64,000 bases of DNA from Solemya velum. Taxonomy: Eukaryota. Location: assembly GCA_048127485.1 (NCBI GenBank), contig JBHNWI010000006.1, forward strand, positions 46,455,358 through 46,519,357, in the 5' to 3' direction. Made by a program: the position numbers and the translations under genes. Below the pieces are notes generated by a model. It saw only the letters and a program-made list of their open reading frames with translations, was not told the DNA's origin and searched no databases. Shown in pieces: positions 25,074 to 37,006 of this stretch (the stretch's first letter is position 1; every line of letters starts with the position of its first letter).

Positions 25074-26449
25074 GTAATAGACCTGTACTTTTGATTGTCT
25101 TTATTATAGATCATTCAGTTTCAAGAATAAAACTCCTCCTAAACATATATGCACTATGTTGCCATCACCTGGTGATTAAGCTCTACTGTTAGTTCTTCAG
25201 ATTGGTTTTGTCCTACAGTAATATGATATAAAAACAAGATGAAATACCGATGTCAGTAAGCATGCCCTGGATCCATAAACTTAAGTGCCACACCCATGGG
25301 TAAAAATTTCAAACATTTTTTGTTTTCAATTCAAGAAATATTTCAACTTTCCAAGTCCATTTGCAGTATGCCATAGAGTTATTTATCCCACTTTGTTTAA
25401 ATTGAACCCCTGGGTCTATTAATGAAATCGTGAATTTAGAAATTTAATACGAGTAAAGAACTATTTTTCATATCAAATTTGATGGACACCATCAGAAAGC
25501 ATTTTTTTTATTCCAGTATAAAAATAATATGACATACAAGCATTGACAGAAACTGTTTGTGGTTTCTGTATTTTTCATTCAAGATTAACTACACAGAAAT
25601 AGAAATAGAATGAAATCCTATGGCTTGGGTCATATTCCTTACAGAATTTACTTGTACGAGACTTATAAAGAAATGAAGTATCTCATGTATATGCAAAGTG
25701 TCAAGCAAGAACACTAGCTTTCCTACAAAAAAAAAAAAATTCCACTCAATCGTCTATGCTGTCAATTAAGACCAATAACTATGTAACATTCTTTTCCCCG
25801 CTGGAACTAAGTCATACATTTCTATTATGTGCCGGACGCCTAGTAAAGGCATAGATACATTGACTAAACAACTTATTGATGGATTAATTTTTCTCATCAC
25901 ATTATTAGGAACTCACGCGCTTCAGGTGATTATTTCCAGAGTACCGGATGCCTAGTCAAGACATAGATACATCGGCTAGGGATCCGGTACTGGACCTCTT
26001 GACTCCAGGGCTAGAGGTCCAGTACCGAACCTCTAGCCACTTCCTTCGAATTTTGTAAGGATTTTGTTTATAACCAGGGCTTATGACATACAAGATTTTG
26101 GCATTGAGCTACCACATGATTCGAGTTCACTTGACCGAGGAAACTAATTTAAAATCTTACAATGGCCTAACCTGATTGAATACATTGGAGCGAGTGTCTC
26201 AAATTTTGTCCGAAGCAAGAGCGCGGTAATAACAAGATAATTGAATAACAAACAATACTATGCCACCAATATGCATTTGTTTATACACGCGACATCAATG
26301 GATTTATGGGCTTTGAGACAGTGAGTGACCTACATTCAATTAACTCTGCGTGGTACCGATAGATTTTGCTATTAATATTATTGCTGTCAGACCATTTAAT
26401 CCGCGGTCTATTGTTGTATGAGAACATGTTAACCAACACCTGTTATCAC

Positions 26450-26560
26450 CCCAAACTTGGGATTTTGCAGAATCAAAGGGTGGGCTTATTTTCGGATATC
26501 ACCTCAAACTTGGAATTTTTTTAAAACAAGGGGGTTAGCTTATTTTTGAGCTTGTTCTTA
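26450..26560 (+). repeat. Short interspersed repeat with an internal ~50-bp duplication; inverted copy at 44330-44455
   Basis: 'caccccaaacttgggattttgcagaatcaaagggtgggcttattttcggatatcacctcaaacttggaattttttt aaaacaagggggttagcttattt' matches the reverse complement of 44330-44455. Confidence 0.55.
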
Positions 26561-27249
26561 ACAGCGGAGAAATAAGGTACCTTCTGACCAGATTAACATA
26601 ATTGACTTATAGACGTGACGTATGTATACGTGGCATATATGTTTTTGATAATAGACTCATAACTCACACAAACTTATAACTTGCTTAGTTTTATATTTGT
26701 ATTACTCATAAGTGATGTATATGCATAGTATGTGACATACACACCCACTATTTATTTTTTTACCCACTCAGGCTTTTCCTGATACTTAAATGACTGTCAG
26801 TTTATCTGGCTGATATGTCAGTTTAGTGTTTGGAACATATGGGTCTAATAGCCAAAGGTTCCATAAACTAACCAACCAACCATAAGTGACATATAACTAT
26901 GTAGGAGAATATGGTAAGGGATTGTTGTTTTATGTACTGGTAATTTGGGCGGGTATGACTGGACCCGCAGAGTAAGTATTGTATAAATGGGAATTTATGT
27001 CATTCTAAATGGTGGGAAGTTTGAATGCATACACTGGTCAGAAGTGGATATACTTGAATGTTTTTTCACTACATCAAAGATGGGGCTACTCTATAGTAAT
27101 CATTGTCTGCCTGTGTGCCTGTCATTATTATATCAGAACATCTCGCTGACTGTTGTGCAGGTTTCAATGAATGAGATAAAACTAGTTATAAATAAATAAA
27201 TTGAAACAAATTCAAAAACCTGTTACTGCCCTTTTTGTATGAGGTGAGG

Positions 27250-27910
27250 TGAGTGTAATTTGTTTTAGAGTCTTGATAAGCACAGTTATGGCTATGTTCG
27301 CAATCAGAGCTTTCCTGCAAATCCAGGAAATAGGAGCATCTGGAGCCTCCCTTGTGAGCATATGTAGCTGTACTGCGCAGACAACTTTTGAAAGTGAAAA
27401 TAGGCAACATAAACATTTGAAGCTCTCCTCCCAGTACATTTAGTAGTAAATGTGAGTATTAAAATTTGGAGCTTTCTTGTGAGTACTTACAAATAAATCC
27501 AGGTAATGTGAGTATTTGAAGCTTTACTTCTTTTGCCTTCGAAACCGCCTACTGTGACTCAGTGTGAGCATTTGAACTTTCCTGTTTGTGACATATTTTA
27601 TATTATCCAAAACATAAACATGAAGACCATGTGAAATAATCTATATATCCAGATCTGTGAGGACAATCAAATCTGGGTAATGTGAGCATTTGGAGCTCTC
27701 AAGTTCATGTAGTAAGTAATCCATGCAAATGAACATCTAGGAAGTGTGAGCGTTAGGAGCGTTCTTGTGAGTACATGCAAATCCAGGTAATGTGAGCACT
27801 CAGAATTTTACTTCTTGTGCTTTTAAAAATTGCTATTGAGTATTTGAACTTTCTTGTTTGTAAGATATTTCATATTGCCGATATCCAAAACATGAACATG
27901 GAGAACATGG
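27250..27910. repeat. Minisatellite or tandem array: ~300-bp higher-order unit x2, built from 'gtgagcatttggagct'-type subrepeats
   Basis: 27490-27630 is about 80% identical to 27785-27910. The motif (g/a)tgtgag(c/t)at(t)tg(g/a)a(g/c)c(t)tt recurs more than 10 times. Confidence 0.6.
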
Positions 27911-28327
27911 GCAGAATCATAATAAGTGAACGAACATCAAATTTTTTTGAAAAAGTGTCGTAGAAAACCTATTATGCAGTATTGATTCAATATGGCTATA
28001 TATGATGGGGGTATTGATTGAGTGATCTTGATCACTTTAGTAGAGCTTTAGTTTTAAGCTTATTGAAGACAGATGAGTGAGTCAATGCACATCAGCCTCT
28101 TGGCTTTGAAAACTTACTTTTTCTATGGTCGGACAAAGTATTTTCAAAGTGGAGAAGAAACTACTCTGTGCTAACTTTAAATTCGCCTGCTTTCTCCAAG
28201 TAAATCTCAATCAAAACTAAAAAAACAAGATCGAATATATGTGTTTTGCTTTGTTAGGAGTTGTCAAATTTACGGGATATCAACTGGTATGAAATGGTAC
28301 TCCATTTTTGTTGAATTTTATTTTTAG

Positions 28328-28881
28328 GTCGCAGATCAAGGAAAGATCATGTACCAGATGCACAAGATGAAACACCAAGACAGGGAACAGAAAGGCGATT
28401 GAAAGAAGCCAAACAACAAATGAAGAATGGGAACGGCCAGGATTTAAAAAACTCTAAATCAATTGGCATCAGTAGTTCAGCAGAACAAAGTCTGCCTGTT
28501 GTAGAACAATATTACAAGGCTAGACAAAAATTAATGGATACTAAACATGTAGAGATGAACCCACAAACTATTGAACAATCTTCTCCAAATATGTTGCCAA
28601 CACTTTCTCATGGTAATTCCGATCCACCCAGAAGTTCTTTGCCTGAACTGACTAAGGTAGTTAAACAAACATCAAAAACAAAAGAAGGAGAAGGAAATCC
28701 CTCTCATATTTGCCTGATAGAAAGAAGGAATCTGATGGGAAGTGGGAAAGACCTAGGGGAAAACAAAGAAGAGATGAGATGGAGTTGGAGTTGGAGGTGG
28801 AGCCAGCAGGTGTTCATGGTGCCTGTGGTGGACCTACACAAAGGAGCAGAGTAGGGGAACCAACTGCTATAGAAAATAGAG
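28328..28881 (+). CDS. Exon B of the same gene (basic/acidic low-complexity), with an internal +1 frame discontinuity
   Basis: Acceptor tttttag|GTCGCAG, giving ...RRSRKDHVPDAQDETPRQGTERRLKEAKQQMKNGNGQDLKNS...SSLPELTK. The downstream part reads KESDGKWERPRGKQRRDEMELELEVEPAGVHGACGGPTQRSRVGEPTAIENR and ends at a canonical donor AG|gtacgt at 28882. The frame shifts by +1 between ~28657 and 28724, which is either a 68-bp mini-intron (AAG|gtagtt...gatagaaag|AAG) or an indel. Confidence 0.45.
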
Positions 28882-31495
28882 GTACGTACAGTTCTTCGGT
28901 TTTTTAAAACAGTCACATGCTACACATCGAGCTGCACTTTTGTGATTTGAAAGCAGTACACTGAACATGGCACACTAATTTACCTGTCGATGAAATGTCA
29001 AGAGTGACTAATTAGAAGTTGACAATATTTTCAGACACACACAATGACAATTTCAATTCACAAATCGAGATAATAACTGTCCTGTTCATGCCCTGTCTGT
29101 TTTTTTCAGCCCTTGAGTGAAAGCTCTGTCCATCATAATAACATTTGTAAGATTCAGAATTGGTGCTGCTATCAAACTTTCAAAGTTGAAGTCACAAATT
29201 CATGGCTTTCAAGATAGATTTAAATTCCTTAGGATACAATTTTGAGTGGGATCAACTCCTATAATCAACTATATAGTTCAAAAATTGAATCTGGCATCCA
29301 GACATTTGTTGATACTTCCACTGGCCAGATCAACGGCCTTGCTTAGTGACCCACAATAGCACTTACTGAATGTACTTATTTTTTTTACTGTGCATTGACT
29401 TTTTTGTGCAAGTTCATTGAACCAATTTTCAGAATAAACAGGTAATGACCTCAACAGACATACTTTCAATAACAGAATGTTTGAGGTTAGTAATTATCAA
29501 GTGGTTTCAATAACGAATCATGGTGTTTTGTCACTAATACTATCGTCAGTGGTGATACTATGTTTAGCTTTGATTATCACCCTTGGGTGAACTGTCCAAG
29601 AAATATTCATAAAAATTGATTAGCACAAATGCAGAGTTTTGATTGCTTCTGCACTCTAATTTTTTATCACTGAATGCCGAGAAGCTAAATTCGGACACTT
29701 CACATGTATTTACCAACATGGTTTCACAAAAACTTATCAATTCAATGTTCCATTTGCATTTATCTGCAGTCAGAAATAAAATGATGAGTTTGAACCTCAG
29801 AACAATGTTTTCATCAGACATGGTTTTCAGTGTGCACCAGCCACATCACAGATTTTTTTATACTTATTGCCAGTGGTCATAGACACTAACCATTTAATCT
29901 AAAGAAAATCCTAAGAAAAATTAGAATGCCATGTTGTGAAATGTGTGGATATAGGAATCATATTAATCACAGACCAACCAATTTAATTGATTGAACCATA
30001 ATGTATTTTGAATATGGGATAGATAACATGATATGGAGAGAAAAATGTAAGTAAAGCCCATATATATTTTCAGTGAGGTAATTCTTCAGGTTTTTCATTA
30101 TGAAAGGGAACAAATCTGTTCTCTCAAATTTTCTCGTTTATTCCTCTTCTTTAGGAAACACAATCGAGACAAGTAATAGGCATACAGGTACATCGGACAT
30201 CTCTTTCACATTGACAACATTGAAATACCCTTTTCCGAACTTTTTACGAAAACCTCTGCTTTTATCATGAGGTCAGTTCACGATCAGAACACTACGCGTA
30301 TTGAGTTGCTGTCTTGCAAAACTGGGACATCCTGCGCATGTGTCACTATTGCTACTTTTTGTGTTCTTGTCAGGAATTAGTAGTGAATTCATAAAACTTA
30401 CGAGTTTGAGTTTATCAATTAGGTGTTATTTATTAGTTAGACTTGGGAGTTCCAAATTGTTTATTGTACTAAACACTGTTTGATTGAATTGGTATTGGGA
30501 GATGAGGATTGGTTGTAGAATGAATAGTGAGGGAGGACATTTTGGAAACTTGAGCAAAAGTCATTCTGCTACCAAGTGTTGAACAGATAGTTGGGAAAGT
30601 TGGGAAGAGAGAGAATCCTGGGTGACTTGTTTTGGTTGGTTGATTAAATTGATTATGTATTCGATACTGGCAATTGAATGGTTTGCTTATGTGTTTATAC
30701 TAGAAATTCCACGAGCATTTTTATGTGATTGTGAACTGAGATGGTGTTTGGAAACCACTACACAGCGAAGTGTGTATCGTGATTGCAAAGAAATGCATTT
30801 GTTAGAACTCGCTAGAAGCTAAAAGCAAGGTGTATGGCTGGAAAACGCTGGAGTGCTGAATTCCAGAGAAATATCTTTAGTTATATGTGGAATTGGTGAC
30901 TACTGAGTGTCATGTGAAGAATGACTGCAGTCAAATGGACTCATACTTTCATTCAGATGGTGGAATTACAAACATCGAATTCACCCATATTTTCGTGTTG
31001 ATCGACCAGCACTGTTTGGACAAGCTAGGTCAATCGATTGACTGATGGACTTACATGAGTCATGATTATTATTTCGGTATACCAGAGTGTTGGGAAGGAC
31101 ATTTTATGTCCGTGTTATACTTGTGTTGTATCAGCTCATCTGTTGGATTGATTGAAAGAATCTATAATTATCTTGCAAAAGCACGACTGGCATCAGGCCA
31201 GTATCATTATTTTATATTTTGTTATTAATTATTGTGTATTGGAGTTAGAATATCTATATCTAATTTTATAGACAACTCATTTTGTTAGAGATAAATTTTA
31301 GTGCCTAGGTGAAATTGTAGAGGTGTGTTAGAGTGCAAAGGAAGAGTGTATACCAAAAACGTGTACCAGAAGCAAGGACATTGGAAGATTGTGTACCGGA
31401 AGAGAGGAGATGAGAAGCGAGTGAACAGGAAGTGAAAGGTCACTATGTTAGGCTAGTTTGTGTAAATACATTAACCTTAATTAAGATGGAGTAAT

Positions 31496-31516
31496 CTTGT
31501 GTGTGTGTGTGTGTGT
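31496..31516. repeat. (GT)n microsatellite
   Basis: tgtgtgtgtgtgtgtgtgtgt. Confidence 0.8.
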
Positions 31517-32506
31517 CAGTATCTGGAATTTAGTTGAGTGAGTGTATCTCCTCTAAGATTAGACCTGTTTGTTTATTGATTTATTATATATATAGTGTGA
31601 ATAATTATAGTTAATAAATATATCCATAATAGATGGTCTCTTTGGGCATTTTTTTGCTTTATAGTGATCTATACTGACCCTACATTTGGTCATTCGTGAC
31701 AGTTTTCCATTCAGTCTTAAGTGATTTTTGGGTCCGTCGACGGAGGCTGTAAACAAATAGCATATCGTTAATTCAAATAATAAACTGAAAATATGAGGGC
31801 TTCATATTGATGTAAGTAATTGTTAATGCATGATTTCTTTAATGGGGCACTTTGACTTGGGCTATTTGCTGTTTACTCTGTTTTCAGAAAGTCGCAGAAC
31901 TTTATTTTTTTATAATATAGGTAGGACATCGGATGATAGAAAAGAAGTATTGAAGCCATTAAATGTCAAATTTATATATTCATTGGTTTCATTTATTTAT
32001 CATTGAACTCAAACTAACAAGAAAAGAAGAGAAAAAAAATTTACAACACCACATCTATATCCAGTAACTATGCATCTACGCCTATCACCTGAAACAGAGA
32101 TTCCCAGTTCCTAGAAAGAGGGAGAAAAAGGACAAAAAAGATACTGTTCATACAAGGGCATAAGAAATTACCTAATAGATAATGTTCAGAAAATCAAAGC
32201 ATTAAGGAAGAAGAAAAACAAAGTGTAGTAGTACATTAATAGCTATGTTGAGTATGCCACCATACACTAGTATACTAGACAATTAAAAAAATCCATAAAT
32301 TGTTGGAAATGTGACTTTTGTTTTTTTATTTGTTTCAGTCTCAAGTCTTTCTCTAAATGTTTAGAACAGTTAAGATTGTATCTCCTCCTGGGCTCTAATA
32401 CCTGGCATGTTTGGGGAGGATTGTACTTTTGAGTTTTTTTTTCTTCAGATGCACTTACATTATTGTATTTTGGATAGAACAATGACATTGTATAAATATT
32501 TTACAG

Positions 32507-34804
32507 GTACAGGGGATCCACAGGTACTTAATGGTCCATCATACCTCAAATTCCAAAACCTGAATGATGTACATCCTTCACATTTGGAAAAAAAACTTAC
32601 TGAAGAGGAACAGGTTTGCTTCAGTTTAATTTTAACTTACTCCGAGATGTATAAGAAAATGGAAGATGCTATTAAAAGTATTGGTGGTAGGATGGTGGCT
32701 ACGCAAAAGATCATCTTCATTGACCTTACTGCTACCTCTGCAGAAAAAGATTTCAAACTTTTTACTGAACACTGTCAAAGCATCATTGAAAAAACATTAC
32801 ATAAGTTTGTGGTTAAAAAATATGTAATACAATGTGAATTACAAAAGGAGCTGATTGTCAAAGCCACTAGAGAGATTCCAGATCTTTCTCGGCATGAAGC
32901 TTGGCTGTTTGGAACTCCAAACTGTTATTTCTGGGTAGTTAGCTCAGAGAAGAAAATGGCAAAAATTCTCCCAGCATTGAAAACTATTGAAGACTCACTG
33001 GGTTCATCAAATGAAAAGGCTACCAGCTACACTATTAAGCTGAAGGTTATTGAGCTTTGTCTTTTCAAAGAAGAAAATTTTTTTTCACTTCTAGTGAACA
33101 CAATTCCAGGAATTCATTTAAAAATACAGGATCAACCCCCTACTATCACAATTGAAGGCAGAGATGATGAAGTCCAAAAGGTTCGGAAATCTATTGAGAC
33201 CAGACAGTCAAAGTTAATGATAAAACACATAGACTGTCCAATGCCTGTGGTCCAGCTTCTCACAACAGAAGAGATAAAAAAGTATATTGATGACTCTTTG
33301 AGAAGCAATAAGATGTGCTGTTTTTGGGTGCCTTTGATAGACAGGTCGCAATCGGTGATAGAAGTTCATGCATATGGAAATAAAATGTTAGATGCTTCTG
33401 TTAATCACATTCAATCTTTAGTTGTTCATGACACTCCCATTCAGAGTAAAGAGGTAATCAAGGAGATCAGACAGTCAGTGCAGTGGCAGACAGAACTAGC
33501 AGATTTGTGTTTCAAACACAAAGGTAAATTTATGATTGACATGAAAGATGACACATTCACTGTAGCAGGCCTGCCTGATGTTGTAGAAGACTGCCTGGGA
33601 AGATGGAATAAAATAGCACGGATGTTCTCTTCTGATATGAAGACATTTGGTAGCTGCACAATTAAGCTGAAGGTTAATGAACTTTGTCTTTTCAAAGAAG
33701 AAGATCTTTTCTCAAATCTCCATAACAAATTCCCAGAGATTACTTTCAAAATACAGGATCAACCCCCTACTGTCACAATTGAAGGCAGAGATGAAGAAGT
33801 CCAGAATATTCAGAAACTGATTGAGTCTAAACAGTCAAAGTTAATGACAAAGCACATAAACTATGCAACTCCTGTGGTCCAGCTTTTCAAAACAGGAGAG
33901 ATGAAAAAGTATATTGATGACTCTTTGAGAAGCAATAGGATGTGCTGTGTCTGGGAGCCTTTGCTGGACAGGTCAGTGGTAGAAGTTCATGCATTTGGAA
34001 GTAAAATGTTAGATGCTTCTGTTGAGCACATTCAGTCTTCAGTTGTTTGTGACACTGCTGTTCAGAGTAATGTGGTAAACAAGGAGATCAGACGGTCAAC
34101 GCAGTGGCAGACAGAACTAGCAGGTTTACATACCAAACACAAAGGGAAATTTGTGGTTGACATGAAAGATGACACATTCACTGTAACAGGCCCACCTGAT
34201 GTTGTAAAAGACTGTCTGGGGAGATGGAATAAAATAGCACAGATGCTGTCTTCTGGTACAAAATCATCCTGCACAAAAACTCTGGTCATGGAGAGAGAGG
34301 TCTTCGTTTTCCTTTCAAAGTGTCATCAAAATGAACTACAAGAGCTGACAGACCAGAGGAATGTCACAATTCAGAAGTTGGAGAAAACAGACAAAGCAGG
34401 ATTGATGCTGAAAGGTGAGGAGAAAGATGTACAACAGGCTGAAGATTACATCAAGGATCTTGCATCTGGTATAAAAACTAGAAGACATCACATTGATGAT
34501 GATGGTTACTGTGATCCTGTGAGATTTTTTGCATTCACAAAAGGAAAGGTTCTGGTGACTGACACTGAAGCTGCATGTAAATGCTGCATTAAAGTGGAAA
34601 AGTATACTGAGAAAACTGCCAAGAATCCAGAAGAAAGACTTCAAGATAAGCAGGAAGCTGATCCTGATTATAACCAGACAAGATGGACGTTTAGAGGGAG
34701 TAGAAAGAAGTCTATTGCTGTTCAGATGAGTCATTGTGCTGACACAGATGCCGATGTTCATGTGAAGCCCTTTAGCGCTGGATCCAGATCAGGAACCCAA
34801 CAAG
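32507..34804 (+). CDS. Exon C: giant 2.3-kb exon with two tandem ~210-aa modules (KH-like or PARP14 N-terminal-like, tentative)
   Basis: Acceptor tattttacag|GT. The 766-codon frame is fully open, and the donor is CAAG|gtgaga at 34805. Module 1 is ~33030-33660 and module 2 is ~33660-34265, both of the form ...TIKLKV.ELCLFKEE..FS.L.....I.FKIQDQPPT.TIEGRD.EVQ.....IE..QSKLM.KHI....PVVQL....E.KKYIDDSLRSN.MCC.W.PL.DRS..VIEVHA.G.KMLDASV.HIQS.VV.DT..QS..V.KEIR.S.QWQTELA.L..KHKGKF..DMKDDTFTV.G.PDVV.DCLGRWNKIA.M.SS. The phase matches B (out) and D (in). The six-frame ORF at 32407-34956 overruns both splice sites. Confidence 0.6.
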
Positions 34805-34839
34805 GTGAGATTAGAGTATCTCTCTCCTTTCAGTACTCC

Positions 34840-35100
34840 AAAATTCAACTAGGGGATTTTTTTTATTGCGGAGGGAGCTTCGGGCAGACACTGTCTTGGT
34901 GGAGCTGTTATGATATTATGCTGTCCGTCTGTCTGAAGATTTCCAGTTTCTCGTAGGATGATGAAACTTGATATATTAGTGCATTTGGGGAAGACAGTGT
35001 GTCAGATTGTAAAATGGAGTCACTGAGAGGAGTGTGATGATATCGAGATAGATAGAAATGCACTAATATGTTCTGTAAGATATGATATGCGATATGCTGG
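34840..35100. repeat. Dispersed repeat copy of the 'ctgtccgtctgtctg ... taggatgatga ... gtcacattgtaaaatgaggtcactg' family
   Basis: Related to 35470-35700, and through the ctgtccgtctgtctg and tgaccttgaactttgacctcaaggtcaaat motifs to 45750-46220 and 51970-53185. Confidence 0.5.
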
Positions 35101-35469
35101 AAACTATGTATCAGTACCATAGGATACAGCCTGTTGGTTTTAATAGTTTAGTTATTCCTTCAAGTTATTTGTTTGGCCTCATGATTCGGTATCTTAGAAT
35201 GGAATGCAATGCACTGACAGTTATCTTTTTTTGATTGTTTATACATAAAGAAAGATATAAATAATTCTAGCGTAAAATTGTTGGAGCATTTCACAGAGTA
35301 GGAATACTGGATAAAAGTTAAAACTACAAAATGCCTCAGTTACTAGATAAGGCCATATTGTGATCTCTGTGTCTAGGTATGTATCATTTCATAATTTCTA
35401 CTTATGGAGTATATCTCATGTTCTTTCTCATGTAGAATGGTGGAACTTCATTTGGCTTACTACATGTAC

Positions 35470-35700
35470 AAGTACCTTTTATAAATATGGAAAACTCAGT
35501 TTGCTGCCAATTTTCAAAATAAGGTCACTTTGACCTATTAGTAACCTTTGACTTTGAAAACAAATAGGTCAAATATGTTTTCGGGAGCATTTTTCCAATA
35601 CTATTTTATGTAGGATGATGAGTATATTGGTACATCTAGGGATGACAATGTTGATATGTCTGGGGAAAATGTGTCACATTGTAAAATGAGGTCACTGTGA
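35470..35700. repeat. Dispersed repeat copy of the same family
   Basis: 'aaggtcactttgacctattagtaacctttgactttgaaaacaaataggtcaaat ... gtaggatgatgagtatattggtacatctagggatgacaatg' parallels 34930-35080 and the 52000-series units. Confidence 0.5.
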
Positions 35701-36657
35701 TGTGTTTAATAGAAAGGTGTAAAATTAATGTTGAAACATAAATATTTATATACTTGTTAAAATTTACTCATTTTCAATATTTCGGCCTTCGTCCTTTTTC
35801 AAGAGGAATCAAAAATGTACACTTTACATCTCTCAACAATTTATCACAACGTCCGAATGCCGTAATGTCCGTTACGGAACTTACGTCACAAAGGTGACGT
35901 CACCATACTCCACACTTAATAAATAAATATTTTGTCTGTAGTGAGTGATCAACTACATAGCAGGCCTTGTCATGAGCAACTTGAAGGAGAGTAACTGAGT
36001 ACTCACCTTATTTTCCATTTAGGCGAGTAAAGAGCGCAGTCTATATTACTCTCCTTATGTTTGGGGAGTGGGGAGAACAATTGCAGTAAAGAATTTAAGA
36101 AAATCACAACATCGGCACAGATTAAGGGAGAGTACTGTTCATTGACAGTGTTACATATTAGTCGTATCAAGATAATGGGATCCATACATTCAAGTTTAAT
36201 AAATATTATGAATCCATGCTTGCACTATCATATCATAAGGCCTTTTGCACTATCTTCATTTTCTAAAAGAAGTACCAGAATCCACTGACCAAGAATTCAC
36301 TGGGTAGCAATATTATGTTGATGAGCAACTTCCACCGTTGTATTTTTTACCTGCTTTAAAGAGTGTTAGAGCCACATTTGGGTATCTTTTGCAAGGCATT
36401 TTTTGTAAGTGTGCTTTTTTTGTGACAACTTTGTGTAATAAACCTTATATAAAAGTTAATATTTTTGTGAAGAGCACAGCAATGGCTAACAGATAATATT
36501 ATTTTGGAGACAGATAACTATGTGATGTTCTCCATCATCCCTAACTTTAAAATTTTGGTGAAAGTAGGATGGTAATAACCTGATCAGGATACTCTTACTT
36601 GTTTTTAAAGTGAAATGAGCAAAAATGTCAAACAATACAACTTCAAAACTTTACCAC

Positions 36658-37006
36658 CAGCGCCGTAGCCTAGTGGTAAAGACGTCCGCTCGGTGACTGG
36701 AGGCTCACGGGTTCATGGCTGGGGCAAACCAAAGTCTTTAAAATCAGTATTTGTTGTGGCTGCCTGTCAGACGTCCGACACGAAGGTTAGCGCAACGGCT
36801 GGTCGGCCCGGTGTCAGTATAATGTGACTGGGTGGGGTGTCATATGGTCCGCGATATGGCATTCCAGTGAGGCAACACTCTAAAGAGCACCATGAGTGCG
36901 CACTGTCGCAAGCAGACACATATGATACACACGCAAACACTGCATACACGTCTTAACAGCTGAAAAATTGCTAGACAGGACGTTAAACTAGTCAACCAAC
37001 CAACCA
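36658..37006 (+). mobile_element. tRNA-derived SINE with a 12-bp target-site duplication
   Basis: Head gcgccgtagcctagtggtaaagacgtccgc...gggttcatggctgggg, shared core ggtgtcagtataatgtgact / ctctaaagagc, and tail caaccaaccaaccaatc. It is flanked by the direct repeat aaaactttacca at 36646-36657 and 37007-37018. Confidence 0.75.

Noticed and set aside
32407-34956. The full 849-aa ORF as a single intronless gene
   Set aside because: The N-terminal 100 nt precede a good acceptor (tattttacag|) and contain no ATG in a sensible context. The C-terminal 150 nt run past a canonical donor (CAAG|gtgaga) into a dispersed repeat (ctgtccgtctgtctg…). I trimmed the ORF to exon C.
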